Source: Lachnospiraceae bacterium (lineage in GTDB: Bacteria; Bacillota; Clostridia; Lachnospirales; Lachnospiraceae). From it: DNA of 64,000 nt. The notes below the pieces were generated by a model, which was not told the DNA's origin, searched no databases, and saw nothing but the letters and a program-made list of their open reading frames with translations. Where the stretch lies: assembly GCA_900752065.1 (NCBI GenBank), contig CAADTT010000136.1, positions 34,439 through 98,438 on the forward strand, in the 5' to 3' direction. Each line of letters opens with the position of its first letter. Position 1 is the stretch's first letter. The translations under genes were made by a program, and so were the position numbers. Of the stretch, positions 1 through 9,216 are shown in pieces.

Positions 1-2340
1 GCAGAATTACTTGCACCGGCAGGTTCTATGGATAGCCTGAAAGCGGCTGTGAGGGCGGGAGCCGATGCCGTTTATGCAGGAGGCGCCCGTTTTGGCGCAA
101 GAGCCTATGCAGATAATTTTACGGAAGAACAGCTACTTGAGGCAATTGATTACTGTCATCTGCACGGAAGCAGGCTGTACCTGACAGTCAATACACTGTT
201 AAAAGACAGTGAAATAGAAGAACTGTACGATTACCTCCTGCCTTTCTATAGACAGGGGCTGGATGCGGTGATCGTGCAGGATATCGGTGTGCTCCGCTAT
301 ATCCGTGAGGCATTCCCGGATCTGGATATTCACGCCAGTACGCAGATGACACTCTGCGCCGCAGAAGGGGCAGAGCTTCTGGAGAAAGCAGGAGCCAGCA
401 GGATCGTTACAGCCCGGAAACTATCCCTGGAGGAGATTCGAAAGCTTCACCGAAGAACGCAGATAGAAATTGAAAGCTTTGTTCATGGGGCGCTGTGTTA
501 CTGTTATTCCGGGCAGTGCCTTTTGAGCAGCATGATCGGGGGACGCAGCGGAAACAGGGGACGGTGCGCACAGCCTTGCCGCCTGCCCTGGCAGACAGAG
601 CGTACAGAAGGCTTCCTTCTCTCACCAAAAGATATCTGTACCCTTGATATTCTTCCCGATATTCTGGAGGCAGGCGTCTATTCCCTGAAGATCGAGGGAC
701 GGATGAAGAGGGCTGAATATACGGCAGGCGTCGTGCGGATCTACCGAAAATATCTCGACCGGTTCCAGACTCAGGGCCGAAAGAATTACAGGGTTTCCGA
801 AGAGGACAAAAGAGAGCTGATGGCGCTCTATAACCGGGGAGGATTTACCACAGGCTATTACCACAGGCATAATGGCAGAGAAATGATGTCTATGAAACGG
901 GCTAATCATTTTGGGACGGAGGCGGCAAGGGTTGTCTCCGTACGGAAAGGAAATCTTACGGTGAAGGCGCTGGAGCCTCTTCATAAAGGCGATCTGCTGG
1001 AAGATGCGCAGGTTGTAAAGGACACGGGAAAAGGAGATACCCTTCTGCTGAAAATGCCGCCGGATTCCATAAAAGGCAGGAAGGCGGGAGATATCCTTCA
1101 CCGCACACGGGATGAAGCCCTGCTGACAGAGCTGAACCGGCTGTACTTACAGACAGAAAGAAAAGAAAAAATTAATGGGAAATTAATGATTTCGTCAGAC
1201 CAGCCTGTTATACTGACCATAACTATGGGAAAGACTGCCATAAAAGTAAAGGGCGCCGTCCCTCAAAGATCCATGAACCAGCCGCTGACGCCGGAGAAAG
1301 CAAAAAAGCAAATGGAAAAGACAGGCAACACCCCTTTTTTATTCGAAAAGCTGGAGGTACAGGTAGAAGAAGGGCTGTTCCTGCCGCTGCAAAGCCTGAA
1401 TGAACTGCGGCGGGAAGGGCTGGAGCGGCTGACAGAAAAGATCCTGACTGCCCGAAGGCGCGGGCAGGAGAGTCAAAGACCTGAAAAGGTGCCGGAGGCG
1501 GAGAAAACATGGAAGGGACATCGTCTGTATGCGTCTGTGGAAACGGCTGGACAGGTAGAGATCCTATGTGGCGTTCCGGAGATTTCAGGAATCTATCTGG
1601 ATTGTAAAGGACTGGAGTTTCCCCTGTCCGAAGAACAGGCAGAAAAGTGGGTGAAGCGCTGCCATGAGGCAGGGAAGTCCTGCTATTATATCCTGCCTCA
1701 TATTTTTCGGGAGGATACGGCGAAGCTGTATGAGGGGGAGGAAAGCCTGAGGGCGCTGCAGCGCTTTGACGGCGTGCTGTTTAAGAATTATGAGGAATAT
1801 GTTTTTCTGGAACATGCAGGCTACGCAAAAGAACGGATTCCCGATCATAATGTGTACACGTTCAACCGTTATGCAGAAGAATTCTGGAGGCAAAAGGGAA
1901 TCAAAAAAAATACAGCGCCGCTGGAAATGAACGACAGGGAATTGAAAATGCGGGGCTGTGCAGACAGTGAGCTTCTTGTATACGGCTACCTGCCGATGAT
2001 GGTATCTGCCCAGTGCGTCCGAAAAAATACGGAAGGATGCACGAAGAAGAGCGGACTCCTGTATCTGAAGGACCGCAAAGGCAAACGGTTCCCCGTGAAA
2101 AATCACTGCGGGTTCTGTTATAATACGATTTATAATCAGGTTCCTTTATCGCTTTTTGCAAATAAGAAGGAATTGGATAGTCTGAAACCCGGAGGACTGA
2201 GGCTGTCATTTACGATAGAGTCTCCGGAGGAAGCCGCAAAGATTGCAGGGGCTTTTGCAGAAAAATTTATCGTGGGCGGGAATGGTGTTTTTGAGGCAGG
2301 AGATTTTACGAGAGGACATTTTAAGCGCGGAGTGGAGTAG
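1..2340 (+). CDS. U32 family peptidase with long C-terminal extension (DUF3656-like), 5'-partial (reading frame is open from nt 1; true start lies upstream of the window)
   Basis: The translation from nt 1 (AELLAPAGSMDSLKAAVRAGADAVYAGGARFGARAYA) matches the conserved U32 N-terminus. The U32 cysteine signature ESFVHGALCYCYSGQCLLSSMIGGRSGNRGRCAQPCR is present. The 770-aa length implies an extra C-terminal domain. Confidence 0.85.
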   Translation, partial: AELLAPAGSMDSLKAAVRAGADAVYAGGARFGARAYADNFTEEQLLEAIDYCHLHGSRLYLTVNTLLKDSEIEELYDYLLPFYRQGLDAVIVQDIGVLRYIREAFPDLDIHASTQMTLCAAEGAELLEKAGASRIVTARKLSLEEIRKLHRRTQIEIESFVHGALCYCYSGQCLLSSMIGGRSGNRGRCAQPCRLPWQTERTEGFLLSPKDICTLDILPDILEAGVYSLKIEGRMKRAEYTAGVVRIYRKYLDRFQTQGRKNYRVSEEDKRELMALYNRGGFTTGYYHRHNGREMMSMKRANHFGTEAARVVSVRKGNLTVKALEPLHKGDLLEDAQVVKDTGKGDTLLLKMPPDSIKGRKAGDILHRTRDEALLTELNRLYLQTERKEKINGKLMISSDQPVILTITMGKTAIKVKGAVPQRSMNQPLTPEKAKKQMEKTGNTPFLFEKLEVQVEEGLFLPLQSLNELRREGLERLTEKILTARRRGQESQRPEKVPEAEKTWKGHRLYASVETAGQVEILCGVPEISGIYLDCKGLEFPLSEEQAEKWVKRCHEAGKSCYYILPHIFREDTAKLYEGEESLRALQRFDGVLFKNYEEYVFLEHAGYAKERIPDHNVYTFNRYAEEFWRQKGIKKNTAPLEMNDRELKMRGCADSELLVYGYLPMMVSAQCVRKNTEGCTKKSGLLYLKDRKGKRFPVKNHCGFCYNTIYNQVPLSLFANKKELDSLKPGGLRLSFTIESPEEAAKIAGAFAEKFIVGGNGVFEAGDFTRGHFKRGVE

Positions 2341-2348
2341 GTGAAAAA

Positions 2349-3728
2349 GTGACAAGACTGATTATAGAGATTTCAAGATATGTACTGATCGCTTTGATCG
2401 TAATTTATACGTTACAGTGCTACCTCGCCTTTTTCAGAAAGGATGAGGAAGCCAGAGAATACATGTTCCTGCGGCAGAATATCGTGATGTTTTGCATTCA
2501 TTTTGTTGCCTTTATGGTACTTTACCTGAAGATGGAGCGTCCTATGCTTTTATATTTTTACGGGGCACAGGTGCTGTATCTGCTGGCTGCACTGGTTTTT
2601 TTCAGGAATCTGTATCCGAGGGCTTCGAAGCTTATCATAAATAATATGTGTATGTTGATCACGGTTGGATTTATCATGCTGACCAGACTTTCCTACGACC
2701 AGGCAATGAAGCAGTTTCAGATCCTGGTGGTTGGAACCATCATCGCACTGGTCATTCCCGTGATTATCCGAAAGCTGCACATTCTTACAAAATGGGCCTG
2801 GCTTTATGCGGTTTTAGGTATTGGTCTTCTGGGGGCGGTGGCGGTGATGGCACGTTCCACCTACGGGGCGAAGCTGTCCCTGACGGTTGGAGGGATTACC
2901 CTGCAGCCTTCTGAATTTGTAAAAATCATTTTTGTGTTTTTCGTGGCCGGAATGCTGGCGAAGTCCGTGGCCTTTAAAAATGTAGCTGTGACGACAGCGC
3001 TGGCAGCCGTACATGTGCTGATCCTGGTGATCTCCACAGATTTGGGAAGTGCGCTGATCTTCTTTATTACTTATCTGATGATGCTCTATGTGGCGACAAA
3101 GGATTCCAGGTATCTTCTGGCGGGATTTGCTGCCGGGGCCCTGGCGTGCGTGGCGGCCTATTTTCTGTTCAGCCATGTGCGTGTACGGGTGCAGATCTGG
3201 CAAGATCCCTTCCAGGAATATGAAGGCGGCGGATATCAGGTGGCACAGGCGCTCTTTGCGATCGGCGCCGGCGGATGGTTCGGCACCGGGCTGTTTCAGG
3301 GTTCGCCGGGGGCAATTCCTATCGTGGATCAGGATTTTATGTTCGCAGCGATCACGGAGGAGCTGGGTGGCATCTTTTCCATCTGCCTGATCCTGATCTG
3401 CATGAGCTGTTTCATCATGTTTGTCAATATTTCGATGAAGCTGGAGGAGGATTTTTACCGCTATGTGGCTTTTGGTCTGGGGTGTCTGTACGGCGTGCAG
3501 GTATTTCTGACCGTGGGAGGCGCTATGAAGATGATACCGATGACAGGGGTGACACTGCCGCTGATCAGTACGGGAGGAAGCTCCCTTTTGAGCACACTGG
3601 TATCCTTTGCGATCATCCAGGGACTTTACATTTTAAGAGAGGACGAGGAAGAAGAGCTTGATGAGGAAGAAGACTACTACGACGAATACGAATATGGAGG
3701 ATATCCAGATCAGCGATATCCCTATTGA
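2349..3728 (+). CDS. SEDS family peptidoglycan polymerase (FtsW/RodA/SpoVE)
   Basis: GTG start lies 5 nt after an AGGTGA Shine-Dalgarno. The protein is polytopic, with SEDS-like motifs (GGITLQPSEFVKI, PLISTGGSSLL) and a highly acidic C-terminal tail. Confidence 0.85.
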   Translation: MTRLIIEISRYVLIALIVIYTLQCYLAFFRKDEEAREYMFLRQNIVMFCIHFVAFMVLYLKMERPMLLYFYGAQVLYLLAALVFFRNLYPRASKLIINNMCMLITVGFIMLTRLSYDQAMKQFQILVVGTIIALVIPVIIRKLHILTKWAWLYAVLGIGLLGAVAVMARSTYGAKLSLTVGGITLQPSEFVKIIFVFFVAGMLAKSVAFKNVAVTTALAAVHVLILVISTDLGSALIFFITYLMMLYVATKDSRYLLAGFAAGALACVAAYFLFSHVRVRVQIWQDPFQEYEGGGYQVAQALFAIGAGGWFGTGLFQGSPGAIPIVDQDFMFAAITEELGGIFSICLILICMSCFIMFVNISMKLEEDFYRYVAFGLGCLYGVQVFLTVGGAMKMIPMTGVTLPLISTGGSSLLSTLVSFAIIQGLYILREDEEEELDEEEDYYDEYEYGGYPDQRYPY

Positions 3729-5244
3729 GGAAGAACGGCCGCGCAGAAAGCGGAAGCCACCCCTGTTTCGGAAAAAAAAGCCGGAAAAACCGAAGATGTC
3801 TGAGGAGGGCAGCGGCAGAAAATGGAGAAACCGGGAACTGGTGAGGGTCAGCTATATTTTTGTTTTCATGTTTTTGTCTCTGGCAGGCTATCTGGTATAT
3901 TTTAACATCTACAAAGCGGATGAAATCAATTCAAATGCGAATAATACAAAGCAGGAGAGTAAGCAGGAGCAGATCATCCGCGGCTCCATCCTGTCGGCTG
4001 ACGGAGAGATCCTCGCCGGGACAAATGTGGATGATGAGGGAAATGAGACGAGGATTTATCCTTTTGACAATATATTTGCACACGTGGTGGGATATGGGAC
4101 AAACGGGAAGGCCGGCGTGGAGTCTGCTTCCAATTTTGATCTGATGTCCTGTCACGCTTCGATTTTGGATCAGGTCAGGGATCATTCTCTGGATACAAAG
4201 GTTCGTGGAGACAGCGTGGTTCTGACACTGGATTCCAGGCTTCAGAAAGCCTGCTACGATGCCCTCGGCACCTATAATGGCGCAGTTGTCGTATTGGAAC
4301 CGGATACGGGAAAGATCCTTGCAATGGTTTCTAAGCCGGATTTTAATCCGAATACCATCGCAGCAGACTGGGAAACGCTGATCAGTGATTCCGCCAACAG
4401 TTCTCTTTTTAACCGCGCGCTGCAGGGTCAGTATCCGCCAGGCTCTACGTTTAAGATCGTGACAACACTTGCATATCTGAGAGAGCATCCGGACGACTAT
4501 TCGTCGTATGGATATGACTGCAGCGGCAGCATTTCCAGGGATGATGTGAGGATCACCTGCTATGGCGGAGAAGTACACGGTCATGTAGATCTGGAGTCTG
4601 CTTTTACGGAATCCTGCAACGGTGCCTTTGCGAATATTGGTATGGAATTGGACAATCAGTCGTATAAGGAACTCTGTGAGGATTTCCTGTTTAATCAGGA
4701 TCTGCCCATTGATCTGCCTGCCAGCAAAAGCCTGTTTTCTATGGAAAAAGGCGCTTCTTATGGAGAAGAGATGATGACGGCTATCGGACAGGGAAATACG
4801 GTGGTATCGCCGCTTGAGATGGCGCTGATCGTTTCTGCTGTGGCAAACGGCGGAAATATGATGACTCCATATTATATCGATCATATTGAGACTTATGACG
4901 GAGATATGGTGAAGGAATACAAGCCTTCCGTGTGCAGAGAAGTGATGAGCACAGAGGAGGCCGGGATTCTTGCCGGATTTATGACAAAGACGGTAGAGCA
5001 GGGAACAGCGTCCAAGCTTTCCGGGCAGAGTTATACAGCGGCAGGAAAAACAGGATCTGCGGAATATGAGGCGGCAGGAGCTAAAGAGACGCATTCCTGG
5101 TTCGTGGGCTACAGCAATGTCAATGACCCGGATCTGGCGATCGCTGTCATTGCTGAGAACGGCGGTTCCGGCAGTTCTACAGCCGTACCGATCGCAAAAC
5201 AGATCTTTGATGCTTACTATAACAATTACTATCGCGGATATTAG
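3658..5244 (+). CDS. class B penicillin-binding protein (D,D-transpeptidase; PBP2/SpoVD-like)
   Basis: Transpeptidase motifs STFK (PGSTFKIV), SCN (ESCNGAF) and KTG(S) (AGKTGSAEY) are present. A single TM follows a basic cytoplasmic N-terminus. A GAGGAAGAAGAG Shine-Dalgarno precedes the 3658 ATG. The start is uncertain; alternative ATGs lie at 3694 and 3796. Confidence 0.8.
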   Translation: MMRKKTTTTNTNMEDIQISDIPIEEERPRRKRKPPLFRKKKPEKPKMSEEGSGRKWRNRELVRVSYIFVFMFLSLAGYLVYFNIYKADEINSNANNTKQESKQEQIIRGSILSADGEILAGTNVDDEGNETRIYPFDNIFAHVVGYGTNGKAGVESASNFDLMSCHASILDQVRDHSLDTKVRGDSVVLTLDSRLQKACYDALGTYNGAVVVLEPDTGKILAMVSKPDFNPNTIAADWETLISDSANSSLFNRALQGQYPPGSTFKIVTTLAYLREHPDDYSSYGYDCSGSISRDDVRITCYGGEVHGHVDLESAFTESCNGAFANIGMELDNQSYKELCEDFLFNQDLPIDLPASKSLFSMEKGASYGEEMMTAIGQGNTVVSPLEMALIVSAVANGGNMMTPYYIDHIETYDGDMVKEYKPSVCREVMSTEEAGILAGFMTKTVEQGTASKLSGQSYTAAGKTGSAEYEAAGAKETHSWFVGYSNVNDPDLAIAVIAENGGSGSSTAVPIAKQIFDAYYNNYYRGY

Positions 5245-5332
5245 AAATAACCACAAACGGGTTGCAGGATTTCTGAAAACGAGGTATACTAAAACCAGTC
5301 AAATGACACAACGCATAACAGGAGGGATTGCA

Positions 5333-5785
5333 ATGATTGAGGCAACGAGCTGTGGCGGTGTGGTAATATTTCGAGGCAAGATACTGGTTCTGTATAAAAG
5401 TTATAAAAATAAATACGAGGGCTGGGTTTTGCCGAAAGGAACTGTAGAGGACGGTGAAGAATATAAGGACACCGCCGCAAGAGAGGTTCTGGAGGAAACT
5501 GGAGTACAGGCATCTATCATTAAATATATTGGGAAGAGCCAGTATACATTTAATGTCCCTGAGGATACTGTGGAGAAAGATGTCCACTGGTATTTGATGA
5601 TGTCAGACAGCTATTACAGCAAACCACAACGTGAGGAGTATTTTGTGGATTCAGGATATTACAAGTTTCACGAGGCGTATCACTTGCTGAAGTTTTCAAA
5701 TGAGAAGATGATTTTGGAAAAAGCATACAATGAATATCTGGATTTGAAGAAACGAAATCTCTGGGGAAACCGCAAATATTTTTAG
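5333..5785 (+). CDS. NUDIX hydrolase
   Basis: A Nudix box is present (LPKGTVEDGEEYKDTAAREVLEETGV). A GGAGGG Shine-Dalgarno lies 7 nt upstream of the ATG at 5333. The longer six-frame ORF starting at 5066 overlaps the PBP gene and is rejected. Confidence 0.85.
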   Translation: MIEATSCGGVVIFRGKILVLYKSYKNKYEGWVLPKGTVEDGEEYKDTAAREVLEETGVQASIIKYIGKSQYTFNVPEDTVEKDVHWYLMMSDSYYSKPQREEYFVDSGYYKFHEAYHLLKFSNEKMILEKAYNEYLDLKKRNLWGNRKYF

Positions 5786-5791
5786 TAACCA

Positions 5792-5820
5792 TTGACAACA
5801 GCAGACATGCTGCATAATGT
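5792..5820 (+). promoter_or_regulatory. putative sigmaA promoter (TTGACA -35, CATAAT/TAATGT -10)
   Basis: A consensus -35 hexamer TTGACA at 5792-5797 lies 15-17 bp upstream of an A/T-rich -10. Confidence 0.35.
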
Positions 5821-5854
5821 CTGGAAAAATCAAAGTACACGATAGGAAAGGAGG

Positions 5855-5896
5855 GCTGCCGCAGAACGTAGGGACATTCTGCGGCAGCGCTTTTTA
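5855..5896 (+). terminator. 12-bp GC-rich hairpin plus U-tract (intrinsic terminator or attenuator) located 25 nt upstream of the PPK2 start codon
   Basis: GCTGCCGCAGAA-cgtagggaca-TTCTGCGGCAGC is followed by gcTTTTTA. Confidence 0.7.
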
Positions 5897-5920
5897 TCAG
5901 GCGTTAAAAGGAGGGATAGT

Positions 5921-7405
5921 ATGCTGGAAAAGATTGATCTTTCCAAAAAGCTGGAAAAAAAGGAATTTAAGGAAATCATGGACGCGGAAGCCATCCGTCT
6001 GGGTAAGCTGCAGCGGGAATGCAAGGAATTAAAAATTCCGGTGCTCATTGTTTTTGAAGGTTTCGGTGCAGCAGGAAAAGGAACACTGATCAATCAGTTG
6101 ATCCAGCCGCTGGATCCCAGAGGATTTAAGGTTTTTTCTATCAAGGGGGAATCTGAGGAGGAAAAGATGCGTCCGTTTCTCTGGCGCTTCTGGACGAAAA
6201 CGCCTGAAAATGGACGAATTCATATTTTTGACAGGAGCTGGTACCGCAGGGTCCTGGTGGACCGGTTTGATAAGGTCACGACGGAAAGCCAGCTTGCCTC
6301 GGCGTATCAGGAGATCATCTCCTTTGAAAAGACACTGACAGACGGAGGTGCTGTCATCATTAAGTTTTTCCTGGATATCACAAAGAAGGAGCAGGAAAAG
6401 CGTTTTGGAAAGCTTTTGGACAATAAGGAGACTGCGTGGAGAGTTTCAAAAGGAGATTTAAAGAGAAATAAGCATTTTGAAGAATATAAGATCATGAATG
6501 AGGAAATGCTTCAGAAGACGGATACGGATTTTGCACCGTGGACGATCGTAGAAGCGATGGATCGGGAGTATGCGGCAGTAAAAGTGATCCGGACAGTGGC
6601 GGACCGGCTGGAAGAATATGTGACGAAGAGGAAGGGAAGAAAAGCGGGAAAAGAGTCTGAAAGCGTAAGGCTGGTAAAGCCTGCCTTCCAGTCCTCTATT
6701 TTAAGCAACGCTGATCTGAGCCTTGCCTATACAAAGGAAGAATATAAAGAACGGCTGAAGAATCTTCAGAAACGCCTGTCATTTCTTCACAGTGAGCTGT
6801 ATAGACGGAAAATCCCTGTAGTCCTGGGCTTTGAGGGATGGGATGCAGGAGGCAAGGGAGGCGCCATCAAGCGCCTGACTCAGTGCATGGATCCGAGGGG
6901 ATATGCGGTAAATCCCACAGCAGCTCCCAATGATATTGAAAAGTCCCATCACTATCTCTGGCGTTTCTGGCAGAATATGCCGAAGGATGGCCATGTAGCT
7001 ATTTTTGACAGAACTTGGTATGGAAGGGTGATGGTAGAACGGATCGAAGGCTTCTGCAGTCAGGAGGAATGGATGAGGGCCTATAAAGAGATCAACGATA
7101 TGGAAGAGCATCTGGCGAATAACGGAGCCATTGTCATCAAATTCTGGATGCAGATCGATAAAGATGAGCAGGAGCGAAGATTTAAGGAGCGCATGGAGAC
7201 ACCGGAGAAGCAGTGGAAGATCACCGAGGAGGACTGGCGCAACCGCGAGAAATGGGATGCCTATGAGGAGGCTGTGGACGAGATGCTGATCCGCACATCC
7301 ACCACCTATGCGCCCTGGATCATCGTAGAGGGAAATAACAAATATTATGCCAGGATAAAAGTGCTGGAAACCGTGGTGAAGGCCATCGAGGAAAGGTTGA
7401 AGTAA
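5921..7405 (+). CDS. ppk2: two-domain polyphosphate kinase 2 (class II PPK2; polyphosphate:AMP/ADP phosphotransferase-like)
   Basis: Two tandem PPK2 modules are present, each with a Walker A-like motif (FEGFGAAGKGT and FEGWDAGGKGG) and a WRFW motif. A GGAGGG Shine-Dalgarno precedes the start. Confidence 0.85.
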   Translation: MLEKIDLSKKLEKKEFKEIMDAEAIRLGKLQRECKELKIPVLIVFEGFGAAGKGTLINQLIQPLDPRGFKVFSIKGESEEEKMRPFLWRFWTKTPENGRIHIFDRSWYRRVLVDRFDKVTTESQLASAYQEIISFEKTLTDGGAVIIKFFLDITKKEQEKRFGKLLDNKETAWRVSKGDLKRNKHFEEYKIMNEEMLQKTDTDFAPWTIVEAMDREYAAVKVIRTVADRLEEYVTKRKGRKAGKESESVRLVKPAFQSSILSNADLSLAYTKEEYKERLKNLQKRLSFLHSELYRRKIPVVLGFEGWDAGGKGGAIKRLTQCMDPRGYAVNPTAAPNDIEKSHHYLWRFWQNMPKDGHVAIFDRTWYGRVMVERIEGFCSQEEWMRAYKEINDMEEHLANNGAIVIKFWMQIDKDEQERRFKERMETPEKQWKITEEDWRNREKWDAYEEAVDEMLIRTSTTYAPWIIVEGNNKYYARIKVLETVVKAIEERLK

Positions 7406-7409
7406 ATTC

Positions 7410-7757
7410 ATGAACTGGTATTCGCAGTTGTATATCGGGGAAGGGGCAAGGCCCAAGGCAAAGAAGATTATTCGGAAATTAAAAAGAAATGCCGGACAGG
7501 TGGATATCTATCTGATTACCTTGGCTGCAAACGGGCAGGATATGCTGGATATTATAAACTCCGCATATCTGAAGCAGCCTGTTGTGCGCAGAAATCTTCC
7601 CATGATTGTGGGAATCGCAAAGGGGTACAGCGAGGCGGTTGAGCTGGTACAGCAGATGCTTTTGGAATCCTATGAACAGACACATGGTTTCTGGATTCCG
7701 GCATACCTTGCAAAAAAAGCAGGGATCGAAATCGGAGAAAGACAGCAGCAGGAGTGA
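7410..7757 (+). CDS. hypothetical protein (115 aa)
   Basis: This is an intact ORF with only a weak Shine-Dalgarno. It is tightly packed, ending 5 nt before the next gene. No recognisable motif. Confidence 0.45.
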   Translation: MNWYSQLYIGEGARPKAKKIIRKLKRNAGQVDIYLITLAANGQDMLDIINSAYLKQPVVRRNLPMIVGIAKGYSEAVELVQQMLLESYEQTHGFWIPAYLAKKAGIEIGERQQQE

Positions 7758-7761
7758 GAAT

Positions 7762-8742
7762 ATGCTACATATCATTTTGGCAATACTAAAAATAGTGGGA
7801 ATTCTGTTGGCGGTTCTGCTGCTCCTGGTGCTATTGGTCGTCTGTTCGGTGCTTTTTGTACCTTTGCGCTATCGTGTAAGCGCCGCCAAGGATGCGGAAG
7901 GAATCCGGGCGCAGGGAAGGGTGAGCTGGCTGCTGCGTGCCGTATCTGCAACGGTGGAATTGCATGACGGGAAGCCCGGATTGAAAGTGCGGATTCTGTT
8001 CTTTAAAAAAAATTTTTTGCCGGATCAGGGACAGCCGCCGGATGAAAAAAGAAAAAAAAGAAGAAAGAAAGCCCAAAAGAAGCCGCCGGAGAGACAGGAT
8101 AAAGCTGTGAAAACAGAAAGAAAAGTTCCGGAAAAATTACAGAAGGGACAAACGGCAGCAGAGCCTGGGAAGTCTTCCGTACCTCCGGAAATTACGGAAG
8201 AGGATTTCCGGGAATCTACTGAGGAAAATACGAAGGAAGAAAAACCAGATACGAAGGAAGAAGAACCAGAAAAGAGAGGTGGCAAACTTCGGGCGCTTTG
8301 GAACAGGATAAAAGAATTGTGGGAAAAGCTGATGGCGGTTCCGCAGAAGCTCAGGCAGTTCACAGAGCGCGGGAGAGCTGCATTCCAAAAAATCAGCGAC
8401 TGGGTATCCTTTCTCTTTTCTGACATGGTAAAAGCGGTGATCTGCCGTTTTAAACAGCATCTTTTGTATCTGTGGAGGCACCTGAAGCCGGACAGGATAC
8501 GGGGAGAGCTGCGATACGGGTTTGATGATCCGTCTCTGACGGGACAGCTTACCGGACTGCTCTATATACTGCTCCCGGTAGGGTGCTATGAGATCCGCCT
8601 TCAGCCGGATTTTGAAAATACTTTATACGAAGGAGAACTGCATATAAAAGGACACATACGGCTCTGTCATCTGGCAATCGTCGGATGGAAAGTATTTCGG
8701 GATAAGGAGTTTAGAAAAATATTGAAAAAATTTCAAGCATAA
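7762..8742 (+). CDS. DUF2953-like sporulation membrane protein (YtfI-like) with a Lys/Glu-rich low-complexity insert
   Basis: AGGAGTGAG Shine-Dalgarno. An N-terminal TM segment is present (ILAILKIVGILLAVLLLLVLLVV). The gene sits directly upstream of a ytfJ homolog, as in the B. subtilis ytfI-ytfJ pair. The longer six-frame ORF from 7606 is rejected. Confidence 0.7.
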   Translation: MLHIILAILKIVGILLAVLLLLVLLVVCSVLFVPLRYRVSAAKDAEGIRAQGRVSWLLRAVSATVELHDGKPGLKVRILFFKKNFLPDQGQPPDEKRKKRRKKAQKKPPERQDKAVKTERKVPEKLQKGQTAAEPGKSSVPPEITEEDFRESTEENTKEEKPDTKEEEPEKRGGKLRALWNRIKELWEKLMAVPQKLRQFTERGRAAFQKISDWVSFLFSDMVKAVICRFKQHLLYLWRHLKPDRIRGELRYGFDDPSLTGQLTGLLYILLPVGCYEIRLQPDFENTLYEGELHIKGHIRLCHLAIVGWKVFRDKEFRKILKKFQA

Positions 8743-8757
8743 GGAGGAATCAGAAAC

Positions 8758-9159
8758 ATGGCATCAGAAAATAATGTTCAGACAACCGTTGATTCTCTGT
8801 TTAAGGGGATGAACAGCTTTATTACCACAAAGACCGTGGTGGGAGACGCGATTCATATCGGCGATACGATCATTCTTCCGTTGGTGGATGTATCCTTTGG
8901 AATCGGAGCAGCGGCAAAGGCAGAGGATAAGAAAAACGGCGGAGGCGGCGGAATGGGCGGAAAAATGACTCCCAGCGCAATTCTGGTGATCCAAAATGGA
9001 ACAACGAAGCTTGTGAATGTAAAGAATCAGGATGGACTCACGAAGATTCTGGATATGGTTCCCGATTTCGTGAACCGTTTCGCAGGCAGCGGGAAAAGTT
9101 ACTCGGAGGAGGAGACAAAGGCGGCGGCAGAGGCTGTAGACGATATTTTTTCAGAGTAA
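8758..9159 (+). CDS. ytfJ: sporulation protein YtfJ / GerW family
   Basis: Family-typical sequence includes KTVVGDAIHIGDTIILPL, GIGAAAKAE and a GGGGGMGG glycine tract. GGAGG Shine-Dalgarno. Confidence 0.8.
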   Translation: MASENNVQTTVDSLFKGMNSFITTKTVVGDAIHIGDTIILPLVDVSFGIGAAAKAEDKKNGGGGGMGGKMTPSAILVIQNGTTKLVNVKNQDGLTKILDMVPDFVNRFAGSGKSYSEEETKAAAEAVDDIFSE

Positions 9160-9216
9160 TGTGGTAGGACAAAGGGAAGCTGCATATATTGAAGAAAAGA
9201 TGTTTCAGGAGCGGAC

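Noticed and set aside
3931-5256. 441-aa minus-strand ORF
   Set aside because: It is entirely antisense to the well-supported PBP gene. Its composition is not protein-like (Cys/Arg/His-rich). It is a typical shadow ORF.
5066-5332. N-terminal extension of the NUDIX ORF
   Set aside because: The extension overlaps the PBP 3' end and has no Shine-Dalgarno. A GGAGGG Shine-Dalgarno and ATG at 5333 start exactly at the conserved Nudix fold.
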